This document shows positions 37,225 through 51,647 of a DNA stretch of 64,000 nt, piece after piece. The position numbers were made by a program, and so were the translations under genes. Source of the stretch: Octopus sinensis (taxonomy: Eukaryota). The first letter of the stretch is position 1. The number at the start of each line of letters is the position of its first letter. The notes under the pieces are model-generated. The model made no database searches. It was given only the letters and a program-made list of their open reading frames with translations, and was not told the origin of the DNA. Location: positions 18,786,001 through 18,850,000 of the forward strand of contig NC_043009.1 of the NCBI RefSeq assembly GCF_006345805.1. The letters are read 5' to 3'.

Positions 37225-39400
37225 TTCTAGTTCCAGCTCAGAACTGCGGCCATGCTGATGCACCGCCGTTTTGTGCTACACTGTTATTACGACGAACCGC
37301 GTCTAATATGTGGCACTTGGTGAAGAATGGAGTTTGATATAGCTACTCTCATTTGCACCTCTTGCCGTGAGGTAGGTTCATCTGGGACTCTTGACAGGAA
37401 GATGTCCAGCTTTGATTTTAAAACCGCTACATCTACTTTGTGCAAGTTCCTCAGACTCTTTGGGAGAATATTAAAAAGCTGTGGGCCCTTGACACCCAGG
37501 CTGTTGCAGAAGCTGGTCCTGAAGCGTGATGGCATTGCTGAATCTTTGGCACTATGCAGTGTCGTCCCGTTCAAGCATTGGTGTAGCTTACAATGCCAAA
37601 ATTTGGCACAATTTCTTCCAGACATATATTACTGTATACCTCTCCCGTCTTCTCTCCAGGGAGTAGTCTTAGCTGTTTCAGCCTTTCCCAGTAGATGAGC
37701 TGTTGCAAAGAGACGATCTTCTTTGTGAATCTTCTCTGGATTGCTTCAAGGTCCGCTGTTAATTTTACACTGGTGGGTGACCATAGCTGTGAGCAGTAAT
37801 CCAGGCAGCTGAGGACGAATGTCCGCCAGAGGAACATTATGGTTTCCTTATCTCTGGTTCTGAATGTTCTTAGGATCCACCCAGCCAGTCGTCTGCATTT
37901 TGTCGCCATCCTGGTAATGTGTACTTGGAAAGAGGTATCATCACTCATGTCGATACCCAGGTCCCTCATAGACTTAGGCTCTGGGATTGAAATTCCCTGT
38001 GGACCGGTGTATCCTGTAAGTTTAATATTCAGTTTTGGATGCTGGTAGCGCAGGGCCTGGAATTTTTCAGCATTAAACTGCATATTATTATCCTCAGCCC
38101 ATCTGTAGATTGAGTCCAACTCCTGCTGCTGGTGTGCAACATCGCTGGGGTTTTGTATTTTCTGCGAGACTTTCGTATCGTCTGCATAACTGGCCAGAGT
38201 GGCTATCCTGGCATTTGAGGGCATATCTGAGAAGGCCACTATAAAAAGCAGTGGTCCCAAGACAGTGCCCTGTGGAACACCGCTCACTATTTGTGTGTTC
38301 ATAGAGGTGGCTCCATTAACCACTACTGCCTGACTCCTATCTTTCAGGAAGTCATGCAACCACACTCCAAGTTTTCCAGCTATACCAAGGTCACGCAGTT
38401 TGTGGCATATCATACCATGATCCACCTTGTCAAAAGCTTTTGCAAAATCAAGGTAGATTACGTCCACATTTGATTTGTTGAGTAACTGCCTCAACACCCA
38501 GTCATAATGTTGTAAGAGCTGGGTCAGGCAGCTCCTACCTGGTCGAAAACCATGCTGGGTATCACTCAGCAAGTTATTTTCCTCAAGGAATGTGATTAGT
38601 TTCTTTCTGACTATCCGTTCCATGACCTTGCTGATGTGTGAAGTCAGAGAGCTAGGCCTATAGTTTTTGGCATCTGCTCTACTTCCCCCTTTATGTATTG
38701 GGCATATTATTCCCTCCTTCAGCTTGCTTGGCAGTTTGCCATTCGCAAGAAAGCTCTGGAAGAGAATCTTGAGGGGTTTTGCCAGGGCATGCTTACACGC
38801 TTTGAGGAGGATGGCTGGGAAACCATCTGGACCAGCAGCTGAGTTTGTGTCCACTTCATCTATGGCTAGTAGGACATCTTTTTCGCTAATGTCAATACAT
38901 TCTATTGTAACCACCTCGCTGGTTATAGGTGAGGCGGCAAAGAAGTCCACTGGTTCGTTCACTTGTCTGTGTTCCAACGGGGAGGTAAAGACACTTTTGA
39001 ACTGGTCATTCAGCATCTCACTGATCTTAGTTGGACTGTCTGTGAGGGAGCCATCCTTTTGGAGGAGGGGTCCTATCTTGTAGTGCACTGAGACTGTTTC
39101 TTTCGCGTAATGAAAGAAGGCCTTTGGGTTTGATTTAATGTTTTTTATAACCCAGGCTTCTTTGTCTGCTTTCTCCTTCACATAGGATTGTTGCAGCCTT
39201 TTTTCGATCTCCATCAGTGTTGTTTTTAGGCGGGACGTGTCACTACTGTTGGGATGCTGGTTGAGCCGATTTGCAACCTTCGTCCGTCGTCTCATGAGGA
39301 TCTTCCTGTCTCTTGGAATCTTGCTCCTATTTGTTTTGGTCTTGTGCTCTGGGACATATTTCTGGTATACGGCTTGCACAGAAGACATGAAACATTCTAA
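37225..39400 (-). mobile_element. 5'-truncated CR1-group LINE; 605-aa open RT frame (37571-39388)
   Basis: QHGFRPGRSC, YLDFAKAFDKVDH, SGVPQGTVLGP, YADDTK, YCSQLWSP; the shared 3' tail lies at 37228-37267. Confidence 0.95.
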
Positions 39401-39404
39401 ATTC

Positions 39405-39860
39405 TAGATTTAGTGCCCAATGTTTGCAGGTGTATATTATACCATTGCGTTCATTGAGACAGTCCGTGGATTGCAAAATAGCTATGACCTTGGCTATGTA
39501 GAGATCCCACTTCTTATATCCTCTGTAATGTTTGGCGTGGGTGACTATGAACCACTTGAGAGTGTAAGGGGTTGAATCAAATTTACTGATAAGTTGAGAT
39601 AACGATGTACTGTTAGATTTTGTGTGGGATTTGAAGCTAGAGTAGTGATTGCTCACTCTAGCTTTGAAAGTGGTGCTACATGAGCCGATGTAAATGTAGT
39701 TACACTTGTTAGTTGATACTGTGCGCTTATAAACTAAAGGACATGAAGGTGGGGTGTTTTGGATGAGCTTGTTATTTAGTGATGAATCGATGTTCGGTTC
39801 GTTATTATAGTTGGTGCTGAGGTTATCACTTTCAAAAATGTGGCCAGATGTTGTAAATTA
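39405..39860 (-). mobile_element. Penelope-like GIY-YIG endonuclease fragment
   Basis: YIYIGSCSTTFKARMSNHYSSF...STSLS...LKWFIV...LNERN...CKH. Confidence 0.75.
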
Positions 39861-42800
39861 CCTACTATAAATGATAAACAATATGAATTGTAGAGGTTAT
39901 ATTACTGAACTACAAAGTACTTTGGTCTGTTGTGGAACCTTGCTAAAAAAGTCTTAAAGAAGTAATATTACTCAGATTAACAACAGGTTCCCTTTCCTTT
40001 TCATTGTTACATTGCTAATGATAAACATAGCATTAGTACCAATTGTCTTTTTTTATGGTTTAGTCATGAATGGGAAAATATTTGAATTTACAAAACAGAA
40101 TGGAAAAAGAGAACACAAGACATTATAAGGCAACACTTTAAGAGCTTTAATTATGCAATTTGATTGAATAAATGCAATTTAAATGAAAAAAAAGTATATT
40201 TATTTTATTTATCTATACAGCAGAAAGAAAAATCTTCACAAATTAATTATAGAAAATATATCCAATAACACATAGTTCATATGCTGACAAGGCACTTCCA
40301 TGGATAGTCAGAAATCATTAACAGGAGAAATAACATTCATTTTCCCCAAAATCCAACCGAAAGTCCACTAAAATAGAAATGGGTCTTGAGATGGATCTTA
40401 AATATCAAATTTTTTTGCTTTCCTTACAGAATTTCTACCATGTCAACTTACTAGCACAAATATGGTGCTCATAAAAAGGGATGAATTGGAGAACAGCTTG
40501 AATGAAAGGGAGAAAGAAGTATTCAGAGGTTCTTGGATGTTATATGTGATTGGCTTCCAGCATGATCGGCAGCATATTGTTCCAGGACATGGGCCCACTT
40601 CTGTAGGTTCATGTAATAGCAACACTGTTGGAGATACAATCATGACAGTAGGCTTGACATGGAAAATCAACAGAAAGCCTGTAAAACATGACAGAAGCAT
40701 GTGCAGAGACAGTCCAAGAACACAAGAGCCAACTTTCAACAGAAAACATACCTAAAATATGTGAGGTTGATATTGGACTTAATCCTTCAGCTATTTCAGC
40801 TAAAGAATATGCAGATGTGATTTGGAAAGCGTGCTTGCTGCATCCAAAAGATTATCCTAAAGATTTTATTAGATGGATATTGATGAAATAAGAGTCTCAA
40901 GATGATCAATCTCGATTAATGTAACTCAAGATTTTAGCCATGTAAAATAGCAGTAAAATAGACGAAAGAGATTCATAGAGTTGGTGCTTTATACTAAACA
41001 AGAGATAAACCACCCACTGATGAATTCAAAATCACTATGAATTCATTTGAGAGAAGATGGACTCCTACATGACTGACACATATAAAGGCTTTAGTGATGT
41101 GCTAGCAGTGGATTTCAAAGACATGGTAACATGATGGACTGTAAGACTCTATTACCATTTCTTATATAAAGTAAATATATTAGCAGTATATAACTAAGTT
41201 AGCAGCATATGTATTGGCAGTATATGACTTCAATCTCAAATATTTTATCCTGTTTTGATAAATATAGTTTTAATAAAGCAAAAAAACTTATTATTAAAGT
41301 AATCTAATAAGTGATTAATGTCAATTATAAAAATAAAATAAAGCTTTAGATAGAAGAACAGTATTTAAGCTATAATCACATTAGTAGTAATAAAAGCAAA
41401 TAAAATAGTGAATACAATTGTTATTGTAAGTAGAATCTTTGATCCAAAGAAAGAAGAATCATTCCCAGAAGTCTCTGTGAAAAAAATAAAATTTTACTTA
41501 TTACAGACATATAAACAAATATCTTTCTATACATACATATAGAGACTGACTCAACCAAAATTAAAATATTAATCTTTTTCATGGTGTATAACACCCTTTC
41601 TTCTGACAGTCAACACGCACACACTCACGCTCCCTCCCTCCCTCACTCACTCACTATGTATTGTATGTATGTATGTACATGCACACACAATACGCAGACA
41701 TCATTAGCTGCCCCCACCAAAATATCATCAAAGTGTTACTTTTTAATGACACATGATGTGATTGAGTAAGCACTATTATTATAATGTTATCCACTGAAAA
41801 GAATATCAAAAAGTGAGAAGGAAAATACAAAAAGCTTCAGTTGCTCACACATTTAATTAAAACCAGGAGACTAATAAATATAACAACATTGTAATAGTTA
41901 AGACAGTCATCAAATATAATCACAACAAACCAGATAGAGTAATCTGAAATAGTGAATACATTTAGATAGTTGCTTGATAAGTAGCCCGTTTTAACACTAC
42001 TACATGTGCCTTCAGTATAGTACACACTGTGTGAAATGCTCAGATTAGAATCTGGTTTGAAGGTAACTTCCTTCTATCAGTCCTGAGACAAAGTTATCTT
42101 CAAAAAAGGTAATGGTTGCTGCCCTTTCTCCTCTGTCAAGCAAAACCAAACATAAAACCCCACACAGTGAGTGGTTGGGTTTGTAACTATATTTATTTAT
42201 GTAACTCATTATGTCACAGATTAAATTAGTCAGCAAGGCATATTTTAATCTGTCCACAGTGTGCATACTTCTAATTTTAATTTTAAAAGTTTGGAGCTGT
42301 AACCCCTTACATGCTATTTTTAGAGTTTCTCATTCATCAATTATTTCATATTTGGCTTAACTTTCTACCCTCACACCCCAGTTAACATTTTATCAGGACA
42401 TTTTTCATTATAGATATGTGCAGTTATTTTGTGTGAATTAGTAATAGTAAATACTTGAAACAGAGAAACTAATATATTCAAACTAACCAGGTGTATTTCT
42501 CTATGGGCCATCTACTAAAGTTTAAAAAAATCATAACAGACATTGTGTAAGAGATAGAGAATACGTAAAATTGCATTGGGGCTGACATCACTGGATTTGA
42601 ACTCAGCATTGCAGTTCAATAAAACACTTATCACAGAGTACAGCTATCTAGCCATGTGATATCCATAGAGACAGAGATCTGAATTGCTACAGGCTAAAGA
42701 TCTTCATTATAGACACAGCACATTATCAGTGGGGACATGAAACCATGTGCTTGCTTTCTCATTTATCAACTATTATCATATCAAGTCAAATATTTAATGC

Positions 42801-44070
42801 TTTAGGCTTTAATCATGATACATCTTGTGATAACTAAATGTTTCTTCACCTGGATAATGAAATAAATTAATTCACATCAGATAAATGCTCACTCAGCCTA
42901 TCACAAGATAACTCCAGATTATATTCTTCCTTATATATGTTGGTTTTTTTTATAGTTCCAGTTATCATACAGAACTGTTTTTAAAAGTCTTATGGGCTCC
43001 TTGGCAAGCAATGCACTGGGGAGCCTAAATATTTACTGGAAACAAACCTCAGCATATATGCATTAAGCATTAGGTCCATAAACCCACAGGGCCCCTGGAA
43101 TAACTGCTAATGTGCCCATGCATTAAGATGGTCCTGTTACCATGGACATTATTATTATACAGACTGATCAAAGAACATTTTACATTGCTATCAGTGACTT
43201 TTAGAGCAGAATTTAAACATATTGTTTTCAACTACACAAAATTGCCAAATTTAACTATTTTTATAGGAAATAAGCTATTCCCAACCATCTTCCCCATCTA
43301 ATATCACCCCAAATAACCCTACATTTTTCTATCATAATCTTGCTCATTCTACTCACCTTTCTAATGTCAATCCACTTTCTTTTATTCGTCTTCAGTCACC
43401 TGGGGTTATTGGGTATACTCTACACACATACTCTTACCCTCCCCTACTCTCAGCTACCCATTTCTGGCCTTTCTGCTGTCAGCAATCTCCCTCTTACTCT
43501 CTTCCCCAAGGTTACTATGTGTTCATAACATGTTCTGTGACAAGGCATCCTTCCCTTTTGTGCTAGTGCCATGACAAGCTCTGCCTCTGTCATGCTCCAT
43601 CTCTAGTGCTAGTAATACAAAAAAATACACACTGTAAAGTGACTGGTAAATAAACAGAAATAGTGTAAGGTTGTGAAGTTCTTTCACTCCTGTCTTGCCA
43701 AAAACTATTCAACCTCTCTAATGTTGGTACCATGAGAAAATACACCCAGTACACTGTGAAGTGACTGGTAGTAAGAAACATCCAGTAATAGAAGCCAAGC
43801 TAAATGATTGTATGAACAACAGTACTGCCCAATAAGATATGACATGGACCATGATGATTGATTTAATTCATGTCAGCATGGAAAGCAGACATAAAATGAT
43901 GGTGATGGTAGGGAAGAAAATTTTCTGTTAATTGTTTTACTATTAAGATTTTGATTTCTTGTTTGTTGCACATATTCATATTTCATAATAAAAGATTGCT
44001 TGCTTTGTTTCACTATCTTTTAGCTGTAGCATCAATTTAACTAAAATTCATTATTGTATAAAAATATGAT

Positions 44071-44315
44071 GGAGGCACTTTGCTCAGTGGTTAGAGTGTT
44101 GAACTCATGATCGTAAGAATGTAGTTCTGATTCCTGGACAGTGCAACATGTTATATCCTTGAGCAAAGCAGGTCATTTCACACTGCTCCAGTCCACTCAG
44201 CTGGCAAAAATGAGTAATCCTGTAATGGACTGGCATCCCATCCAGGGGAGAATATATGCACCACAGAAACCAACCCTATGAGTCTGTATTACCTGGGAAG
44301 GATGTTTATCTGTAT
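44071..44315 (+). mobile_element. tRNA-derived SINE, second family, CpG-decayed
   Basis: TGCTCAGTGGTTAGAG head, CCTTGAGCAAAGCA core, TGGACTGGCATCCCATCCAGGGG. Confidence 0.6.
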
Positions 44316-44479
44316 CCTATCCTATAAAAATATTATATTACAGTAATGACTTAATAGGTGTTTACAACACACCCACTCAGATGTTTTCCCAACAATTATT
44401 CTAAAAACATGTAACAATGGATTTAGTCAAGGAAGTTTGGTTACATTTATAAAATTTTCTTGAAAGGGGCAAAATCTTC

Positions 44480-45480
44480 AAAACGTTGAAAGAAGGTATA
44501 TGGCTCATGAATAAAGGAAGAAGAATAGGGGTTAAAGACTACTGACCTATCTCTTTGACTATCAGCAAGATCATGGAACAAATCTTCAGAGAGAATGATT
44601 ATGTTCCTTGAACAGAATCACTCACTAAATGAGCTTCACTGAAACTCAGTGAAAATGAGTTTCACTGAAATAGGTTCAGATAACAGTGTTACCAATATTG
44701 ATGACCATTGAAACAGCCACTCAACAAGTTAAATAAAATTTGTGGTAAACCTAACTCTGCAAAAGCTTTTGATGAAATCAATCTTGGAGTGATCTCCTAC
44801 AAGTCATGTGAAATTAGGACAATGGTTACAGGATTGTTAACTTGCAGAAACTTTACTTCTGTATCCGAAGTCAAGTTTCTGCAAGTTAACACAGTCCTAT
44901 GGTAAAGTTGTCCATCCAGAGTGTTTTCCACAGGGAACTGTTACTGTCCATAATAGCTTTTCAATAACATCCTTAAATTTAGCATACCATTCTTGACTAA
45001 TACCAAGGTATGAAAAGTAATCAAGAACTTAGATGAAAACTCACAGAATCTTGATGCTGGATACAGGTGAGCTAATAAAAAAAAAATGCAATTTAATACA
45101 AGGAAGTACCTTGCTACTCTCCAAATAATATAGATACACAAAATGCAGCAGGACCACAATTCCAGAGATGGAATATACGAGAGACACTAGGCAACAGCAT
45201 GCAGATGACTGGCAGGCCGTATCATGAGAACATTAAAAACAGGTTTCCTTGATTATGGTCAGCCAGGGGAGATCCAGGTGTCCACCGAAAAAATGATTGC
45301 TTCCATACATCAACTGAACTTCTAGGAGAGATTGTAATTTTTAAGATTCAACTCACTGGAATGAAGATGGGAAAAATCTGCAGCAGTCTATTGCTAGGCA
45401 TAAAATGGGCCAGTTGTTCTAGGCCCATCTAGATTCTGGAAGGACTAGCACCAAACATTAGCACTGAAAGCTCTGCAAAT
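44480..45480 (+). mobile_element. Highly degenerate CR1-group LINE RT
   Basis: Remnants of PISLT..SKIMEQ, SAKAFDE and FPQGTV in broken frames. Confidence 0.65.
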
Positions 45481-45558
45481 TCTTGAGCTAGCTGCCACAG
45501 TACAAAACACCAAAGTGAAAAAAATAATCAAAGATCTATTTCTGTCTCAAATACTTAC

Positions 45559-45638
45559 CACATATGATTTTCTTAAGCTTTACTGGCATTTGATTACAAC
45601 CATACACTTCAGCGCACTTTATATAATCACTTTTGGCA
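45559..45638 (-). CDS. Exon (80 nt, phase 2-1) of unannotated Cys-module protein
   Basis: Acceptor TCTTTTGACAG, donor GTAAGT; open frame AKSDYIKCAEVYGCNQMPVKLKKIIC; same size, phases and Cys spacing as 53114-53193. Confidence 0.8.
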
Positions 45639-46319
45639 CTGTCAAAAGATTTGAGAAAAAAAAATGGCAATTATTTTCACTTTCACAATATAAAAGTTAC
45701 AAAATTTCCTTTTTCAATATCTTGAGTATGGTGTGAATTACAGCAGCAATGTCTCAATTGATACAGTTTTACTCCTTACAGTGTTAATTCACTTGAGAAA
45801 TGCATAGCTATCACATCTCATTTAATCCTCTTAAAAACATAGTGCTAATACATCTTCACCTAATCTCTTACAATTAGCAGCCATATCTTCTTCCAGCTAT
45901 ATCTTGCCAGCTTTAAAAATAAGATTGAGTGCATAATGCAATCTTCAATATATTATGCCAGGAAAAAATGCAAAATGGTCATGGTTAGAACCCATCTATA
46001 CAATGAAAATTCAACACAGGAAGAACAGAAAAACATTTGTCAAAACCAAGCATGAAATACATTTGATGGTGACAAATCTGTACAAAAACACAACAAATAT
46101 CGAGAAAGTAGGAACATCCTCTCCTATTTCAAATTCATCAACAGACAACACAAAGCATCAAAACCTTACTTAATCACACAGCAAATCAGAACAAAAGGCA
46201 TCCCAGAAGTTACCAAAAAAAAAAGTATTAATTTAGTCTTTAGGATTTATATACAGCTAACTTCATTATTACTATCTCTACAGTCAAATTATATGTTCTT
46301 TTTGAAATTAAGATAAATA

Positions 46320-47520
46320 CAAGGTGCATTCCAGAAGTTTAGAGACTTTTTTTTAGGCAAGTCATTTATTTCTGTTCTAGATTACTGTAATTTTAGTACA
46401 TCATTACTAATAAGCTGACCTGCTAGCTTTTGTTTATTTGAACGCAACACCGCTTATCACAGCTGAATGCAGTTGGGACATGAAGATGATTTAGAAGCTC
46501 ACTATTCAATAAAGTTTTGTGTTAAACTGGGCAACAATGCAACAGAAATTTATGAAATGCTCCAGACTGCTTGTGGATTAACTTGTATGAGCCGAGTATC
46601 TGTTTTTTTTTTTTTTTGCTGGCAAGAGGTTCAACGATGGGAAAAAGGAGGTGAAAGACAATGAGAGGTGTGAGAGGGAAAGAGATGTCAGCATATCAGA
46701 GCTGGTTGAGAAAGTTCAGTTGGTGTAGCAACAGTGCACAGAACTCTCCATGACAATCTGAACTTGTGCAAAGTTTGTTCTCAGGATGCTCATTGATGAA
46801 CAGAAGGAAAGACAAATTGGTGACAGCAGGGAGATGGTTGAGCTCATTACCTCCAATCCAAGAGTACTTGAGTCTCTGGTGACCTATGTTGAAAGATAGG
46901 TTTACTGTTATGATCCAGAGTGCCCAATGGAAGCATCCTGTCTCCCCCAGATCCAAGAAGGCCAGGCAAATCAAGTCCACTAGGAAACTCATGACGATCC
47001 CCTCTTTTGATAGTAAGAGCATCATTTACAGCCACTGGGTTCCCTCTGACCAGATCGTTGACAAAGAGTACTTTGTGGAGGTTTTAAGGGAGTTCAGGAA
47101 AAGATTTCATTGCAAAAGGCCAGAACTCTTCCATTCAGATCAGTGACACCTGCACCAAGACAATGCACCAGTCCACACAATTCCATCTTGATAATCAACT
47201 ACTTGACAGAGATGGACATCAAAACTGTTCCTAACCCTCTCTACAGTCCTGACCTTAGTCCCTGTAAATTTTGGTTCTTCTCCAAGCTGAAGGAGAACCT
47301 CAGGAGCAGCCATTTTGAAGACATTGAGAAGATAAAGGAGGCTGTGACAAGGATCCTGGACACCTTCACTTTGGAAGGCTTCTATAGAACCTTCATGATG
47401 TGACCAGAGTGCCACAAGTGCATTGTCAGAGGATCCTGCTTTGAATGAAATAAGACTTTTGTATCTCTTTGAAATTAATGTCTCTCCTAAAAAGTATCAA
47501 AACTTCTGGAATGCATATCA
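46320..47520 (+). mobile_element. Full-length degenerate mariner (about 1.2 kb)
   Basis: TIRs ...GCATTCCAGAAGTTT / AAACTTCTGGAATGC...; IKFCVKLG, YDPE-like, YSPDLSPCKFWFFSKLKE; many stops. Confidence 0.88.
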
Positions 47521-48670
47521 CAAAGTTTGTTTCTTTGCATCATTTTCTCTCTTTACCACCACTAAGAATGTGTTATTTCATATATTCATCATAACTTGTA
47601 ATTAAGATCTATCATTTATAATATACATGCCACAATGGGCTTTATTAAAACAGTTCCCATCTTATCTTAAATAAAGGATTCATTTCCCCCCAAAAGACAT
47701 TTTTGAAATCAACATACTTGAATAATTCAATATTACTTAAGAGTTTTTAAAATGCAGTAGAAGAGGTTTTGTACCTGTATTTGTACTATCTAGAAAAGTA
47801 CTCTTCCAAAAATGTTCTTTTACTCATGGTCACTGATGGTACCAGTTTAGAGCAGGCCTATTACTTGGGCTCCTATGTAAAATTTAATCTTTACAATGTA
47901 CATTTGCCATTCATGCTACTTTGTAATTTTATTTTCACAGAAATCACATTTTGCTTGGAATGTTTCCAGGACTAACCTAATTTGTCTTTATATAGAGAAC
48001 TTAGCAGTCAGTGAGGTACCTGGAAGCAGTCCTACAAGTAGCAGAGATCCTTTTGCTGATTTTCCTGTTTTGGATCTGATTTGCTCAGAGCTCCGAGGCT
48101 ACTTTTGGGTAGAAAACTACAATACCACAAAGAGCTTTTCCTATCTTAATCCCCAAAGTGAGCAGTTTTTTTAACAAAGATGTAGAGACATATTAGCTGA
48201 ATTTGGATGACCCAGAAGCACTGTATTTTGCACTCCTCACTAAATGAATGTCGGAGGTTTTGAATCTCTATAGAAATATTTTCTATGAATTACTCACATT
48301 GCTTGAAATTTCTCCAACATTGCTTGTAATCAGTGCAGTGTCTGACCCCAGTTTTCTAAGACTTAAAGTGGAATTTCTTGATAGGCAACAAGATGGAAAA
48401 TTTGGGCATAAGTAGATGATGTGTCAAAAATCTTGAAGAATCCTCAACAGGAGAATTGCTATTACATGATTTTACAAGTTGTAAAAGATGTTACAAGCTT
48501 TCATGTTATTCTTTTTATTTAGTGTAATTTTGTGATTAAGTCAAAAAGTAATACTGAATTCAATTTATTACAAAAAAATATGAATTATTACCAACATAAA
48601 GCTTTTTCCTTCCACATGATTTTCAGACCAATTCTTAATCAGGCTGATAAAAACTACTACTGGTACTGCT

Positions 48671-48975
48671 ATTCTTTTACTTGTTTCAGTCATTTGACTG
48701 TGGCCATGCTGGAGCACCGCCTTTAGTCGAGCAAATCGACCCCAGGACTTATTCTTTTTAAGCCTAGTACTTATTCTATCGGTCTCTTTTGCCAAACCGA
48801 TAAGTCACAGGGACGCAAACACACCAGCATCGGTTGTCAAGCGATATTGTTGGAACAAACACAGACACACAAACATATACATACACAATCACATATACAT
48901 ATATACATACACATATACACACATATATATATATATATATATATACATACACATATAAAAATATACACACACACA
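48671..48975 (-). mobile_element. SINE 3' half (same family as 13868)
   Basis: Direct homology to 13868-14110; the head is replaced by an RTE remnant. Confidence 0.85.
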
Positions 48976-48984
48976 CACACATAT

Positions 48985-50600
48985 AGTCTTCTCAAATCCT
49001 CTGCATTCAAGGTCCTTGTCTCATTATCATGCAACATTGCAGTTCTAATATAAACACCATACAGTCTGCCATTCCCTTTCATGGAAAAGATCTTGTCAGC
49101 ATTGGTAGTAATTCCCTGAACATTCTCCAACAAGTTCTTACTCTCATAACTTTCAGAACCCCCCCACCCATGCTAATTACATCACTGAGAGCTAATAAAA
49201 CACATCAACTCCTGCTAGTGAGAGATTCAATTTCTGGTGTGCTTGTATAAACTGTTCCAGTGTATCTACTGCATATGCAGCTTACATTTTCAGACAGCCT
49301 GCAGTGATTCCACATCTCTTATACTCTTTGTGTTCATAGCTTACATGAGTACAATGTATGGAGTTTATACCTGCTCCTTTTCTGCATATCGAGCAAGACT
49401 ATTTCCATGAAAGTACCACAGTCCTGTGTTCTTTTCTCCTAACAAAATCTTTTATCTTTGCTAGGTTCACCTCAAGGCCTCTGAATTCCAAGTTTAGCTT
49501 CTATGTCTATAATTTCTTCACTAAATCCCATATAGATTCAACTCTGAGAACTAGATCATCTGCATAAAGGAGGTGCTATGAACAGCCAGTTTTAAACTAC
49601 TTTGTGATGGCTTGTAAAATTATTATAATAGATGAGGAGTGAAAACTGAATCTTGATGGACTCCTACCATCACACTAAAACCACTGCTGAAGTTATTGCC
49701 ACCACTCATTTTATTTCATGCATCCTTGAACATAGCTTGAACCACTTGCACAAGCCATTCATCAACTCCTAGTTTCCTGAATGCCCACCAGATTACTGAA
49801 TGTAGTACCCAGTCAAATGCTTCCTCTAAATCAATGAAAGCCAGGTAGAGCAATTATTCTTAACCAGGTATTTCTCCTGTAGTTGACTCAGTAGGAAGAT
49901 TGCATCTGTGGTACTTCTACTGGGAACAAAGTGAAACAGCATCTCACTCAGACCTTGATAACATGATCTAGAAGTTTGATTTCCCTATAATTACTTGTCT
50001 CTAAAGTATTACCTTAGCCCTTGTAATAGTTTACAGTGATACTGTCATTAGGTATCTCCTTTGCTTTGGAGAGGAAGTCCTTAGATAGTTTTGTCTTATC
50101 ACATAAGCGACACTTTGACTTTCTATCTTCAATCACCATGAACAGTTGAAATCCTCTGAAAAACTGATCAGGTCAAGGATTGCCTTCATACTTCTTGATC
50201 TATTGGGGTCAGTAGCTCCATCCCTTGAACTGAACAACTTTACTTTTGCATCCGGTGCACATGCAATATGTTCATTCTATGTTTGGTACTGAGTAAAATA
50301 GTTGCTGCTATCCAGTAGATATCTATTTATGGTGGCACACTGACCACCTCTATCTTTGCCATGCTCTAACTTGAAATAGATCAGTGAGGACCAGTTTGTC
50401 CCTCGTTAGTGTGTTCCAAAATGCTTCTTGGATTCCTCCTTGGTTAGAAATCTTACTTCTATTATGTCAAACCTTCTCCCTCAGATGACAGAGTTTTGTG
50501 CCCCAGATTAGTCTAAGACACTTTTCAATAGCATTTGGTATTGCTTGTTCCACTTTTCTGGATTTTGATCCATTACACCTACATATAATATCCTTTTTCT
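48985..50600 (-). mobile_element. Degenerate RTE LINE
   Basis: HLLYADDLV near 49560 and AFIDLEEAFD near 49830; many stops; almost no CpG. Confidence 0.8.
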
Positions 50601-51154
50601 GTGCATTCTCCTGACTCTGATGCATAAGAATGTTGTTCTAATGTTGGTTAAATAATTTTTGGCATTTTTCAAATCCTGAGACAATAAAAAATTCTTGCAT
50701 TCAAACCACTAGGCAAAACTATTGACACTTGGTTTGCTAAACACAGCACTAGTGCTATTAATGGTGTTGTGTTAACACTTGTAGCAGTAGCAGTGGTTCT
50801 GTTGGTAGCATAGGTAAGTAAGTTGTTTCGGCTGTTAATTCTTTTCATTTTCATTGTTCTCATTATCAATGTTGCTGCTGTTCTGACAGTTCTTGCATTC
50901 ACTTTTGTTGTTATTGCCATCATTGTTGTTGTTGTTATTTATTGCAGTAGCACTTTGACTCAAAATGGGGAAGACTACTGTTTCAAACATTATTTACAGC
51001 CCTCTGGTATCCTATTACAAATTTCAATGCTATGTTTTGAGTTTTTGTAAATGGTAAACTTTGTGAAAGAAAATGAGCAAATCCCACTTCAAAGGTGTAA
51101 ACAAAATGGAACTGACCAGTTCCTCAGGATCCTGATCAGTTTAAACAATACAGG

Positions 51155-51380
51155 AATCCTTTGACTATCACAGGTATTACGTTCCAAAAACCCCCGCGAT
51201 AGGGGAAAATCTGTGAAGTAGAAACAGTACTGTACTGTATATTTTTTATAATTATTTTTATAATTTGTATATATTTAATTTATCATAAATGCAAAACAAC
51301 ACCATAGAGGAATCGACATAAGCTTAGATAAGAAACTGCAACAGGTGAACTGCAATATGGCAAGGGATTATGGTACAGAA
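51155..51380. mobile_element. Possible Tigger/pogo-type MITE remnant
   Basis: TACGTTCCAAAAACCCCCGCGATAGGGGAAAATC resembles Tigger-type ends; recalled from memory, not searched. Confidence 0.3.
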
Positions 51381-51647
51381 TGAAAAATTTTGAACACAGA
51401 CATTTAAAACAGATAAATAAACTTAGGAGTAATTCAAAGGTATGTATTGCTGATTAATAACAACAACAATTATAATAATTTCCAATTTTAGGACTCAGAG
51501 GTCGGGTGAGAAATTTGTCAACTTGCATTCGATCAATTTAGTTACCTATTAATCTAAAACTTTAACTAATGATGAGATTTATAGATATATATGATGATGA
51601 TATAACTGAAAAAAGTCAATAATATTTAATGAACATTTGTAACTTAC

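Noticed and set aside
41837-42145. Candidate terminal exons of the Cys-module gene (acceptors before 41943 and near 42140)
   Set aside because: Several alternatives are phase-compatible and none gives a convincing domain or anchor signal; left uncalled.
47990-48420. Possible hAT dimerisation-domain remnant
   Set aside because: The similarity is too degraded to support without a search.
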